NCBI GenBank assembly: GCA_963749075.1
Contig: CAVVLJ010000020.1
Span: 128,001 to 192,000, forward strand
Source of the DNA: an uncultured Pseudomonadota bacterium
GTDB lineage: Bacteria > Pseudomonadota > Alphaproteobacteria > JACZXZ01
Reading direction: 5' to 3'
Length of the DNA: 64,000 nucleotides
Positions within the stretch are counted from its first letter, which is position 1; each line of letters opens with the position of its first letter. The position numbers and the translations under genes are program-made. The notes beneath the pieces were generated by a model, which saw only the letters and a list, made by a program, of their open reading frames with translations, made no database searches and had not been told where the DNA came from. Positions 51,180 to 60,540 of this stretch are shown one piece after another.

Positions 51180-51455
51180 GTGTGGTACGTGTATTTCCTT
51201 GAACTGAGAAACGGCGACACCTACGTCGGATCAACGAACGATCTTCGCCGACGCTTCAACTCTCACCAGAGCGGGCACGTCGATTCGACCCGCAATTACC
51301 TGCCAATAATTCTGAGGTCGTATATAGCGGTCACTGAGGAAGGGACAGCACGGAGGCTGGAACGTTACTTCAAGACCGGTTCCGGCAAAGCCTTTGCGAA
51401 AAAGCGACTTCTGGAGCAGCACTCACGACTCGCCATGGCTTCCGGGACAAAATGA
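51180..51455 (+). CDS. Small GIY-YIG nuclease family protein
   Basis: WYVYFL..YVGSTNDL.RR..H..A..LE.YFK.GSG. Confidence 0.9.
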   Translation: MWYVYFLELRNGDTYVGSTNDLRRRFNSHQSGHVDSTRNYLPIILRSYIAVTEEGTARRLERYFKTGSGKAFAKKRLLEQHSRLAMASGTK

Positions 51456-51534
51456 GCATTAGTTCAAGCTGCACCCGGTGATTGGTCACCTTCGGTCTGA
51501 TCCAGCCTCGCTCGCCAAGTGGTGGGAGCCGCCT

Positions 51535-52185
51535 CTACCGCGCGATGCGCAGCCTGCGCTCGAGCGCGCGCGAGCACGACGTCAAGGGATAGCACATCGC
51601 GAAATAGATGAGGGCGACGAGGCCGTAGACGCGGAACGGCTGGAAGGTGGCGTTGGTCAGGATCTCGCCGGTCTTGGTCAGCTCGTCGAAGCCGACGATC
51701 GAGGTCAAGGCGGTGCTCTTCACGAGCTGCACGAGAAAGCCGACGGTGGGGGGAACCGCGATGCGCAGGGCCTGCGGCAGGATGACGTAGCGCATCTGGT
51801 GGACGTAGCGGAGGCCCAGGCTGGCGCCCGCCTGCCATTGGCCGCGCGGAATGGCGTCGACGCAGCCGCGCCAGATCTCGGTGAGATAGGCGCTGGCGTA
51901 GAGCGTCAGGCCGACCGCCGATGCCAGCATGGCCGAGACGTTGATGCCGAGGAGCGGCAGGCCGAAGAACACCAGGAAAAGCTGCATGAGCAGCGGCGTG
52001 CCCTGCACCAGCTCGACGTAGACCTGCACCGCTCTCGCCGCCGGGCCGGAGACCCGGTAGCGCACGGCGAGCAACGCCAGGCCGAGGAGGCCGCCGCCCG
52101 CGAAGGCAAGGGCCGAGAGAAGCAGCGTCCAGCGCGCCGCGAGCCCGAGGTTGCGCAAGAGATCCCAGAGCGTGAAGCTGATCAC
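51535..52185 (-). CDS. Amino acid ABC transporter permease
   Basis: QGTPLLMQL, EIWRG, ILPQALR, KSTAL. Confidence 0.92.
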   Translation of the reverse strand: MISFTLWDLLRNLGLAARWTLLLSALAFAGGGLLGLALLAVRYRVSGPAARAVQVYVELVQGTPLLMQLFLVFFGLPLLGINVSAMLASAVGLTLYASAYLTEIWRGCVDAIPRGQWQAGASLGLRYVHQMRYVILPQALRIAVPPTVGFLVQLVKSTALTSIVGFDELTKTGEILTNATFQPFRVYGLVALIYFAMCYPLTSCSRALERRLRIAR

Positions 52186-52850
52186 GGCGCGCGCCCCGCG
52201 TAGAGGCCGCGGCCGCAGCGGGCGAAGAGGCGGCGCAGCAGGACCGTCATGACGAGATAGATCGCGGTGACGGTGAAATAGGTCTCGAAGGGCCGGAAGT
52301 TGCGCGACTGGATGAAATCGGCCACATGCGTGAGATCGGTCACCGCAATCTGCGACACGACGGCGGATTCCAGCATGGTGATGATGATCTGGCTGACCAG
52401 CGCCGGATAGACGTTCGCCAGCGCCTGCGGCAGGATGACGAAGGCGAAGACGAGCGGCGGCCGCACGCCGAGCGCCAGGCCCGCCTCGCGCTGGCCGCGC
52501 GGCACGGCTTCGATGCCCGCGCGGACGATCTCGATGGCATAGGCCGTGAGATTGATGGTCATCGCGAGGACCGCCGCCCACATGGCGGTCATGCGCAGGC
52601 CCAGGCTCGGCAGGCCGAAGAACACGAAGAACATCTGCACGATGAACGGGGTGTTGCGGATGAGCTCGACATAGGCGGCGACGAGCGCCCGCGCCCAGGC
52701 GAGCTTGCTGCCGAGCGTGGCGGCGCCGCCGATGCTGAGGGCGATGCCGAGGGCGGCGGCGGCGGCGGTGAGGCCGAGCGTTACCGCCGCACCCTCGAGA
52801 AACAACGTCGAATACTGGGCGAGCGCCGAGAAATCGAGCTGATAGCCCAT
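52182..52850 (-). CDS. Amino acid ABC transporter permease
   Basis: RNTPFIVQ, EIVRAGI..GQREA, ILPQA. Confidence 0.92.
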   Translation of the reverse strand: MGYQLDFSALAQYSTLFLEGAAVTLGLTAAAAALGIALSIGGAATLGSKLAWARALVAAYVELIRNTPFIVQMFFVFFGLPSLGLRMTAMWAAVLAMTINLTAYAIEIVRAGIEAVPRGQREAGLALGVRPPLVFAFVILPQALANVYPALVSQIIITMLESAVVSQIAVTDLTHVADFIQSRNFRPFETYFTVTAIYLVMTVLLRRLFARCGRGLYAGRAP

Positions 52851-52857
52851 CGCGCGA

Positions 52858-53658
52858 TCAGAAATCGGCGGGCAGCGGCTGCATCAGCCATTTCTCCGAG
52901 AGCGCGTTCAGGCTGCCGTCCTTGCGCATCCCCGCGATCACCTCGTTGATTTTCTGCTTGAGGCGCGGCTCGTTCTTATTCAGGCCGATATGATCCGGCG
53001 AGCTCATGAGCTGGAACTTCTGCTCCGGCTCGATCGCCGGATGCTTGGCGAGGATCGTGGCGCCGACGTCGTTGCCGACGACCATGAGCTGGGCCTGGCC
53101 CGAGAGGAACGCGGAAATGACGCCGTTGTAGTTGTCATAGCGCTGAATGTCGGTGCCCGCCGGCGCCGCCGCGGTGAGCGAGGTGTCCTCGAGCGTTCCG
53201 CGGTTGACGGCGACCGTCTTGCCCTTGAGGTCGGCCGGCCCCTTCACGGCAAGCGATCGCGGACCCATCACCGCGATGTAATAGGGCGCGTAGGCATCCG
53301 TGAAGTCGATGATCTTGGCGCGCTCGGCGCTCTCGCCGACGCTGAGGAGGAGATCGACCTTGTGCTCGGTGAGATAGGGAATGCGGTTCTGACCGGTGAT
53401 GCCCACGAGGTCCACCTTGACGCCCATGGCCTTGGCCAGCCTGTCGGCGATCTCGATGTCGTAGCCTTGGAGCTTGAGATCGGCGCCTGCGGAGGAGAAG
53501 GGCGGGAAATCCTCGAAGATACCCACCCGCAAGACCCCCGCCTTGGTGATGGTGTCGATGGCATCGGCGCGCGCCGAAGCGGCACCCGCCAGCAGCATTG
53601 CAAGTGCGGCCATGAGCGCTTTGACAGGCAATGACGGCCGCGACGGCACTGGATTCAT
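52858..53658 (-). CDS. Amino acid ABC transporter substrate-binding protein
   Basis: Signal peptide, DFPPF, GYDIE, NRIPYL..KVDL. Confidence 0.9.
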   Translation of the reverse strand: MNPVPSRPSLPVKALMAALAMLLAGAASARADAIDTITKAGVLRVGIFEDFPPFSSAGADLKLQGYDIEIADRLAKAMGVKVDLVGITGQNRIPYLTEHKVDLLLSVGESAERAKIIDFTDAYAPYYIAVMGPRSLAVKGPADLKGKTVAVNRGTLEDTSLTAAAPAGTDIQRYDNYNGVISAFLSGQAQLMVVGNDVGATILAKHPAIEPEQKFQLMSSPDHIGLNKNEPRLKQKINEVIAGMRKDGSLNALSEKWLMQPLPADF

Positions 53659-54030
53659 GGTGGCCCCCCTTCAAGGATGTGCGTGATACCCCGTTGTCGT
53701 GGAGACGCGGTCATGGGCTGGTTTTGCAATCCCCGTGCCGCCTGCGTCGGCCGCCTAGGCGCGGCGCCCTCCCGACCGGGGCGCCTCGAACGCTGGATTG
53801 GAAGATCTTGAGCGGACGCCTCAATGATGACCGGCTCCCGATCCGCATCATGCGCGCTTTGGGCTCTGCCAGCAAGGCCGGGGCGGGCGGCGCACCGGCG
53901 CCTCTTGCGCCGCCAGCGGGCATGGCCCCATCATTCTGCCCGCTCGGTTCGTGGGACGGATTGTGGTTGACGGCGGCCGCGCGGTGCAGACCCTCAAGAA
54001 ATCGGCGACCATTGCCGGGAAGGCGGTGCC

Positions 54031-54915
54031 ATGATCCCCGAGTGCCACGCCGCCGCTTATCTCGCCGCACTCCTCGAGCGCTGCTCGCTCGAGGTCTCGG
54101 CGCGCGATGCCACGGTTGCAGGCCGTCTCCGCGGCCGCCTCGACCCGGGAAGCCGGGTCTTCATCAGCTTTCCGCCGGGCGAGACCCATCACCGCATCGT
54201 GGCGACCGCGGCGGCGCTCAAGCGCTGCGGCTTCGATCCGGTGCCCCACGTGGCCGCGCGCAACCTCGCGAGCTACACGCAGCTCGACGACTATCTGCGC
54301 CGCGCCGCGGGCGACGCCGGTGTCAAGAGCGCCCTCGTCATTGCCGGCGACGCGGCGCAGCCGATCGGCCCCTTCGCCTCCAGCATCGACGCCATCGAGA
54401 CCGGCCTCTTCGAGCGCCACGGCATCCGCTCGCTCGGCATCGCCGGCCATCCCGAGGGGGCGCCGCGGGTGACGCCCCAGACGCTCGAGGCAGCACTCGC
54501 CGCCAAGCTCGAGCTCGCCCGGCGGCATGGGCTCGATCTGTGGATCGCCACGCAATTCTGCTTCGAGGCAGCCCCCATCGTCGCCTGGATCGCGGCCGTC
54601 CGTGCGCACGGCATCGCGCTCCCGGTGCGCATCGGGCTTGCCGGTCCGGCGGGCGTGGCGACGCTCCTCAAGTTTGCACTCCGCTGCGGCATCGGTAATT
54701 CGCTGCGCGCGCTCCACGCCCACGCGGACTCGCTCACCCGGCTCTTGGGCGAGGGTGCCCCCGACGAGCTCGTGCGTGCGCTGGCCGATGCCTTCCACAA
54801 CGACCCCGGCCGCGGCCTCTTGGGCCTTCACTTCTTCACCTTCGGCGGTGTTATGCGCACGCTCGACTGGCTCGCCGGCTTGCGCGCCGCTGAGGGCGCG
54901 CGGCCGCCGCCCTAG
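54031..54915 (+). CDS. Methylenetetrahydrofolate reductase-like protein
   Basis: PVPHVAAR, AGD, AGHPEG, TQFCF, HFFTFGG. Confidence 0.85.
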   Translation: MIPECHAAAYLAALLERCSLEVSARDATVAGRLRGRLDPGSRVFISFPPGETHHRIVATAAALKRCGFDPVPHVAARNLASYTQLDDYLRRAAGDAGVKSALVIAGDAAQPIGPFASSIDAIETGLFERHGIRSLGIAGHPEGAPRVTPQTLEAALAAKLELARRHGLDLWIATQFCFEAAPIVAWIAAVRAHGIALPVRIGLAGPAGVATLLKFALRCGIGNSLRALHAHADSLTRLLGEGAPDELVRALADAFHNDPGRGLLGLHFFTFGGVMRTLDWLAGLRAAEGARPPP

Positions 54916-54920
54916 GCGCG

Positions 54921-55769
54921 CTAACTCCGCGCCAGCGCCGCGTAGTCCTCCGGCGAGAGTTGGAGCTCGGCCGCGGCCAGGTTCTCCTCGAAATGCTCGA
55001 GCGACGAGGTGCCGGGGATGGGCAGCATGACGGGCGAGCGCTGCAGGAGCCAGGCGAGTGCGATCTGGGAGGGCGAGGCGCTGTGACGCTTGGCGATCTC
55101 GGCGAGCTTGCTCCGCGGTCCGGCGAGCGCACCCGCGGCGAGGGGGAACCAGGGGATGAAGGCGATGCCGTCCTTGGCGCAGGCGTCGATCACGCGGTCG
55201 GAGCCGCGGTCGCTCAGGTTGTAGCGGTTCTGCACCGAGACGATCTCCGCCGCCTTGCGCGCCCGTGCCAACTGCTGCACCGTCACGTTGGAGACGCCGA
55301 TGTGGCGGATCTTGCCCGCCTTCTGGAGATCGACGAGGGCGCCGAGCGAATCCTCGAGCGGCACGCGGCTGTCGACCGTGTGGAGCTGGTAGAGGTCGAT
55401 GCGCGCGAGCTTGAGCCGCTTCAAGCTGCCCTCGCAGGCCTCGCGCAGATGGGCCGGTCGGCAATCGGCGTCCCAGCGGCCCGCACTCGGGCGCACGAGG
55501 CCGCCCTTGGTGGCGATGACCAGGCCCTTGGGATAGGGATGGAGCGCCTCGGCGATGAGCCGCTCGCTGACATCGGGACCGTAGGAGTCCGCCGTGTCGA
55601 TGAAATCGACGCCGCGCTCGACCACGCGGCGGAGGAGGGCGAGCGCCGCCGCGCGGTCGGGCGGCTCGCCCCACACGCCGCGGCCCGTCACGCGCATGGC
55701 GCCGAAGCCGAGCCGCTTGACCTTGAGGTCGCGGCCGATGGCGAGCGTCGCCGGCATGCTTGCCGCCAT
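54921..55769 (-). CDS. Aldo/keto reductase
   Basis: LGFGAM, DTADSYG, IDLYQLH, QNRYN, PIPGT. Confidence 0.92.
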   Translation of the reverse strand: MAASMPATLAIGRDLKVKRLGFGAMRVTGRGVWGEPPDRAAALALLRRVVERGVDFIDTADSYGPDVSERLIAEALHPYPKGLVIATKGGLVRPSAGRWDADCRPAHLREACEGSLKRLKLARIDLYQLHTVDSRVPLEDSLGALVDLQKAGKIRHIGVSNVTVQQLARARKAAEIVSVQNRYNLSDRGSDRVIDACAKDGIAFIPWFPLAAGALAGPRSKLAEIAKRHSASPSQIALAWLLQRSPVMLPIPGTSSLEHFEENLAAAELQLSPEDYAALARS

Positions 55770-55904
55770 TGTCCACCTCTCTCTTCCCGGCTACCCTCTC
55801 CCGAGCGAGGGCGCGCCGCGCAAGCGTTACGCGATAGGGCGGCGGGAGGCAACCCTCGGCAATGAGGTCCGCATGGCCAAGCTCAAGACCCGCGGCCTCC
55901 GCTC

Positions 55905-56375
55905 ATGACGGCAGGCGGCGGCGCCGAGGATACTTCCGAGCCGCTTCCCGCGAGCGCCATCCGCATCACCGACGACATCGTCCTCGCCGGCAACGAGATC
56001 GAGGAGAGCTTCGTCCGCGCTTCCGGGCCGGGCGGGCAGAACGTCAACAAGCTCTCGACCGCCGTCAAGCTCCGCTTCGACGTGCGCCGCTCGCCCTCGC
56101 TGCCCGCGGCCGTGCGCGCGCGGCTCGAGCGCCTCGCCGGCCGCCGGCTCAGCAAGGAGGGCGTGCTCGTCATCACGGCCCAGCGCCACCGCACGCAAGC
56201 GCAGAACCGCCGCGACGCCCTCGAGCGCCTGATCGAGCTCATCCGCGAGGCCGCCCGGCCGCCCACGCCGAGGAAGCCGACGCGGCCGAGTGCCGGCGAG
56301 CGCCGCCGCCGGCGCGAGACGAAAGCGCGCCGCGCGGCCGTGAAGCGCCTGCGCGCCCAGCCGGGGGAGGAGTGA
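55905..56375 (+). CDS. arfB: Alternative ribosome rescue peptidyl-tRNA hydrolase
   Basis: RASGPGGQNVNK, R.Q..NR..A, basic C-terminal tail. Confidence 0.92.
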   Translation: MTAGGGAEDTSEPLPASAIRITDDIVLAGNEIEESFVRASGPGGQNVNKLSTAVKLRFDVRRSPSLPAAVRARLERLAGRRLSKEGVLVITAQRHRTQAQNRRDALERLIELIREAARPPTPRKPTRPSAGERRRRRETKARRAAVKRLRAQPGEE

Positions 56376-56383
56376 CGCCGCCC

Positions 56384-56980
56384 TCAATAGCGCGCGTAGC
56401 TATTGACGAGGTCGAGGGCGTCGGCGGCAGCGCCGAAGGGTGCGAGATCGAGGGCGTCGCTCGGGTAAGGCGCCCTCGCTTCGATGAAGGCGAGGAAATC
56501 GCGCTTGTCTGCGCTCCCCGCTGAGAAGAGGCGGAATTGCACCGTCTCGGGGCGCGCGGCGAAATTCGCCTCGAGCCCGGCAAGGAGGGCAGGCTCGGCC
56601 GAGGCCCCGAGGGCGCGGAAGCGCAGCAGGGTCGCCCGGCCCGCCGTGCTGCTGCTCGAGGTGCTGCCGGGGTAGAGCTGGGCGCCGCTCGCCCGGTAGT
56701 TGCCGCGCACGCTCGCTAGCACGCGCTTGGTCCAGGGGCTCGAATTCTCGCCGGCCACGCGGAGATAGGCGGGGGTCTGCGTCACCTCGGGGCTCGCGAG
56801 ATCGTAGAAGGCGAGATAGCGCGGCCAGCCCGCAAGGCAGACGAAGCGCACGGCCGTCTCGAAGCCGGGCACGGCGAGGCGCTCGGCCAGGTGCTCGGTG
56901 TCGTACCAGGCATTGAACTCCTCCTCGAGCGCCGGCGGCGGCTCCATCATCGCGAGGAGGAAGCCCTTCTGCTGCGCCAT
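56384..56980 (-). CDS. DUF4286/EthD-like hypothetical protein
   Basis: EEEFNAWYDTEH..ERL.VPGF..YLA.Y. Confidence 0.65.
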   Translation of the reverse strand: MAQQKGFLLAMMEPPPALEEEFNAWYDTEHLAERLAVPGFETAVRFVCLAGWPRYLAFYDLASPEVTQTPAYLRVAGENSSPWTKRVLASVRGNYRASGAQLYPGSTSSSSTAGRATLLRFRALGASAEPALLAGLEANFAARPETVQFRLFSAGSADKRDFLAFIEARAPYPSDALDLAPFGAAADALDLVNSYARY

Positions 56981-57038
56981 TGGTCAGCTCCGATTCAGTG
57001 TGGCGAAGCAGTACTTGGAATCGTTGTCGCGCGGTAGA

Positions 57039-57138
57039 CCCCCCTCCCCAACCCTCCCCCTCATGGGGGGAGGGGGCTACGCGCTGAGCATGCTCTAAAT
57101 TTCCCTTCCCCCCTTGAGGGGGAGGGTAGGGAGGGGGG
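57039..57138. repeat. Inverted doublet of CCCTCCCC REP-like palindromes
   Basis: CCCCCTCCCCAACCCTCCCCCTCATGGGGGGAGGG / CCCCCTTGAGGGGGAGGGTAGGGAGGGGG. Confidence 0.8.
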
Positions 57139-57161
57139 TATGTCCGCAACAATGGCGAGCC

Positions 57162-58142
57162 CTATGGCAATAGGATGCTGCTCCCCATCGTGCGCCGGGC
57201 TTGCAGGTCGGCATGCGCGCGCGCGGCTTCGGCGAGGGGGTAGCGGCGGCCGACCTCGACCTTGACGATGCCGGCGGCGAGAGCTGCGAAGAGCTGACGC
57301 GCGCGCTCGAGGAGCTCGCCCCGCTCCGTCGTATGGCTGACGAAGGCAGGGCTCGTCACATAGAGCGAGCCGAGCCCGTTGAGCCGGAAGAGATCGAAGG
57401 GCGGGATCGGCCCCGAGGCCGTGCCGAAGGAGACGAGGAGGCCGCGCGGCGCCAGCGACCGGAGCGAGCCCTCGAAGCTGTCCAGGCCCACCGAATCATA
57501 GACGACCGCGACACCCTTGCCGCCGGTCAAGCGCCTGACGGCCGCGGCAAAGTCCTCCTTGGCGTAGAGGATCGTCGCGTCGCAGCCGTGCCGGCGGGCC
57601 GCCGCCGCCTTCTCCTCGCTCCCCACCGTGCCGATGACGCGCGCGCCGAGATGCTTCGCCCATTGGCAGAGGATGCTGCCGACCCCGCCCGCCGCGGCAT
57701 GGACGAGGATGGTGTCGCCCGGCTTCACTTCATAGGTGGTGAAGAGGAGGTAGTGGGCGGTAAGCCCCTTCGTCATCAGAGCTGCGGCGAGCTCCTCGGA
57801 GATGCCTGCGGGAAGCGGCACCAGTCGCTCCGCGGGCATGGTGCGGAGATCGGCGTAGGCGCCCACGGGGAGGGACGAGTAGGCCACGCGGTTGCCGGGC
57901 GAGAGCTCCGCGACCTCGGCGCCCACCGCCTCGACGACGCCGGCCGCCTCGGTGCCGATGGGCGACGGGTAGGCGGGCAAGGGATAACGGCCGCTCCTGT
58001 GCTGGATGTCGATGTAGTTGAGGCCGACCGCGGTCTGCCGGATGAGCACCTCGCCTGAGCCCGGCGCTGGCGCCTCGCAAGGCTGGTAGCGCAGGACCTC
58101 GGGCCCTCCCGGCCGCGCAATGGTCACCCGATTGGCGCGCAT
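57162..58142 (-). CDS. NADPH:quinone oxidoreductase (zeta-crystallin type)
   Basis: GGPEVL, GLNYID, HAAAGGVG, VVYDSVG. Confidence 0.92.
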   Translation of the reverse strand: MRANRVTIARPGGPEVLRYQPCEAPAPGSGEVLIRQTAVGLNYIDIQHRSGRYPLPAYPSPIGTEAAGVVEAVGAEVAELSPGNRVAYSSLPVGAYADLRTMPAERLVPLPAGISEELAAALMTKGLTAHYLLFTTYEVKPGDTILVHAAAGGVGSILCQWAKHLGARVIGTVGSEEKAAAARRHGCDATILYAKEDFAAAVRRLTGGKGVAVVYDSVGLDSFEGSLRSLAPRGLLVSFGTASGPIPPFDLFRLNGLGSLYVTSPAFVSHTTERGELLERARQLFAALAAGIVKVEVGRRYPLAEAARAHADLQARRTMGSSILLP

Positions 58143-58229
58143 GGCTCGTCCTCTGAAGCGGCGCCGCACTTGCAGCCGCCGAAGCATGTGGTACTCTTTG
58201 CCGACAATGGATGCGAGAGGGGAAAAGCA

Positions 58230-59009
58230 ATGAACGTCGTCGCACCGATGGCCTCGAGCCGCCTGCCCAATGCCGCCGAATGGCTGGCGCGCGTCGACCT
58301 CGCGGCGGCGCACCGCCTGGCCGTCATGCACGGCTTCAACGAGGGCATCTTCAACCATCTGACCCTCGCGGTGCCGGGGCGCAACGACCGCTTCCTCCTC
58401 AACCCCTTCGGCCTCCATTGGTCGGAGGTGACGGCGAGCTGCTTCATGGAGGTCGGCTACGACGGCAGCCTCTTGAGCGGCGAAGGCGAGATCGAGCGCT
58501 CGGCCTTCTGCATCCACGCGCCGATCCACCGCCTCAACCCGGACGCCGCCTGCGTGCTCCACACCCACATGCCCTACGCGAGTGCTTTGACCAGGCTCAA
58601 GGATCCGCGCATCGAGGCGATCGGCCAGACCGAGATCGGCTTCCTCCGCATCGTCGCCTATGACGAGAGCTATACCGGCCTCGCCTACGATCCGGCGGAG
58701 GGCGAGCGTCTCGCCGGCGTGCTCGGCGACAGGAAGATACTCTTCATGGCCAATCACGGCGTGCTCTCGGTCGGCAAGACCGTGGCCGAAGCCTACGACC
58801 ATCTCTACTACCTCGAGCGCGCCTGCCAGGTGCAGCTCCTCGCCATGTCGAGCGGCAAGAAGCTCAAGCACGTCCCCGACGCCGTGGTCAAGCGCACCCA
58901 GGAGCAGTACGACGAGTCGCCGGTCTACGGCGGCAAGCCCGCCTGCGAGCACCATTTCGCGGCCCTCAAGCGCATCCTCGACCGCCACGAGGCGGACTAC
59001 CGCGAATAA
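58230..59009 (+). CDS. Class II aldolase/adducin family protein
   Basis: EGIFNH, LHTHMPYA, MANHG. Confidence 0.9.
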   Translation: MNVVAPMASSRLPNAAEWLARVDLAAAHRLAVMHGFNEGIFNHLTLAVPGRNDRFLLNPFGLHWSEVTASCFMEVGYDGSLLSGEGEIERSAFCIHAPIHRLNPDAACVLHTHMPYASALTRLKDPRIEAIGQTEIGFLRIVAYDESYTGLAYDPAEGERLAGVLGDRKILFMANHGVLSVGKTVAEAYDHLYYLERACQVQLLAMSSGKKLKHVPDAVVKRTQEQYDESPVYGGKPACEHHFAALKRILDRHEADYRE

Positions 59010-59033
59010 GGCGCCGTCGCCGCGGGGGGCGTC

Positions 59034-60281
59034 ATGGACGCGGGGCGGCAGGCGCTCCTTGAGGCGATCGAGCGCGATCGCGGCAGCATCCTCGATTTCT
59101 ACCGCGGCTTCATCCGCGCCAGGAGCCCGAACCCGCCGGGCGACACGCGCGCGGCGGCAGGGCATATCGCAAAACGTCTCGCGGCCGAGGGCATAGCCTT
59201 CCGCACCATAGCCCCGCAGGAGACGATGCCCAACATCGTCGCGAGCTTCGAGTGCGGCTCGCCGGGCCGCCACCTCGTGCTCAACGGCCACATCAACGTC
59301 TTCCCGGTGGGCGACGGCGCCGGCTGGACGCACGACCCCTGGGGCGCCGAGCTGGTGGACGGCAAGATCTACGGCCGCGGCGCCTGCGACATGAAGGCGG
59401 GCACCACCGCCTCCATCTTCACCTTCCTCTATCTCAACCGCATGCGCGATGCGCTCAAGGGCAAGCTCACGCTCACCTGCGTCTCGGACGAGGAGACCTT
59501 CGGACCCTGGGGTGCGCGCTACCTCATCGAGCATCATCCCGAGCTTCACGGCGACTGCCTCTTGAACGGCGAGCCGAGCGGCCTCAACACCATCCGCTTC
59601 GGCGAGAAGGGGCCGCTGTGGCTCGCCTTCACCGTGCGCACGCCGGGGGCGCACGGCGCCTACACGCACTGGAGCGCGAGCGCCACCAAGATCGCCGGCA
59701 AGCTCATCGCCGAGCTCGAGGCGGTCTCGCGCCTCGCCTCGCGCGCACCCGACAACGTGGTGCGCGCGCTCGACGCCGCCGCACCGGCCGTCGACGCCGC
59801 CATGGGGAAGGGGGCTGCCGGCATCGTGCAGCAGGTGACGCTCAACGTCGGCGTGATCGCGGGCGGCCTCAAGGTCAACATGGTGCCGGGCCAGTGCCGC
59901 TTCGAGGCGGACATCCGCCTGCCGCTCGGCGTCGAGAAGGAGGCGGTGATGCGCGAGGTGCGTCGCATCCTCGCAGCCTTCCCCGAGGCCGCGGTCGAGG
60001 AGATCAACTACAGCCCGCCCTCGTGGTGCGATCCCTATGGCGAGATGGTGGAGATCCTGCGCTTGAACGCGCACGCCGTCTCCGGCCTCGAGCCGGTGCC
60101 CATCGTGAGCCTCGGCGGCACCGACGCGCGGCTCTGGCGCTATAAGGGCGTGCCCGCCTACGTCTATGGCCCGCCGCCGCGCGGCATGGGCTCCCACGAC
60201 GAGCACGTCGCGGTCGAGGACTTCTTCCGCGTGCTCACCACCCACGTCCTCTCCGCCTACGATTATCTGAGCCGGGCCTGA
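59034..60281 (+). CDS. M20 family metallopeptidase/deacylase (ArgE/DapE-like)
   Basis: NGH, YGRGACDMK, DEE, GEP, GGTD, HDE. Confidence 0.9.
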   Translation: MDAGRQALLEAIERDRGSILDFYRGFIRARSPNPPGDTRAAAGHIAKRLAAEGIAFRTIAPQETMPNIVASFECGSPGRHLVLNGHINVFPVGDGAGWTHDPWGAELVDGKIYGRGACDMKAGTTASIFTFLYLNRMRDALKGKLTLTCVSDEETFGPWGARYLIEHHPELHGDCLLNGEPSGLNTIRFGEKGPLWLAFTVRTPGAHGAYTHWSASATKIAGKLIAELEAVSRLASRAPDNVVRALDAAAPAVDAAMGKGAAGIVQQVTLNVGVIAGGLKVNMVPGQCRFEADIRLPLGVEKEAVMREVRRILAAFPEAAVEEINYSPPSWCDPYGEMVEILRLNAHAVSGLEPVPIVSLGGTDARLWRYKGVPAYVYGPPPRGMGSHDEHVAVEDFFRVLTTHVLSAYDYLSRA

Positions 60282-60311
60282 TATTGCTGTCGCTCGCATC
60301 GGCGTGGGAGG

Positions 60312-60424
60312 TCCTTCGAGACGCAACCCTGTCGGGTTGCTCCTCAGGATGAGGTGGATTTGTGCGTGGCAGAAAGACTTTTCCTCGTCCTGAGGAGCGA
60401 GCGCAGCGAGCGTCTCGAAGGACC
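60312..60424. repeat. Inverted doublet of CTTCGAGACG/CTCCTCAGGATGAG REP-like elements
   Basis: TCCTTCGAGACGC..GCTCCTCAGGATGAGG and CCTCGTCCTGAGGAGC..GCGTCTCGAAGGA. Confidence 0.85.
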
Positions 60425-60540
60425 CGCCGTCCGTGGTCCGAGGCGTCTTTGCGCAGGCTCGTCCGCGTTTTTGTGTTGCGGAATTCGCGGCATCGCGCGC
60501 ACTCTTGAGGCGGGAGAGCAATCACGAAAAGGGGGTCAAA

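Noticed and set aside
51455-51535. attR duplication of the tRNA-Ser 3' end
   Set aside because: No repeat of the tRNA end was found downstream, so this is not a classical integrative island
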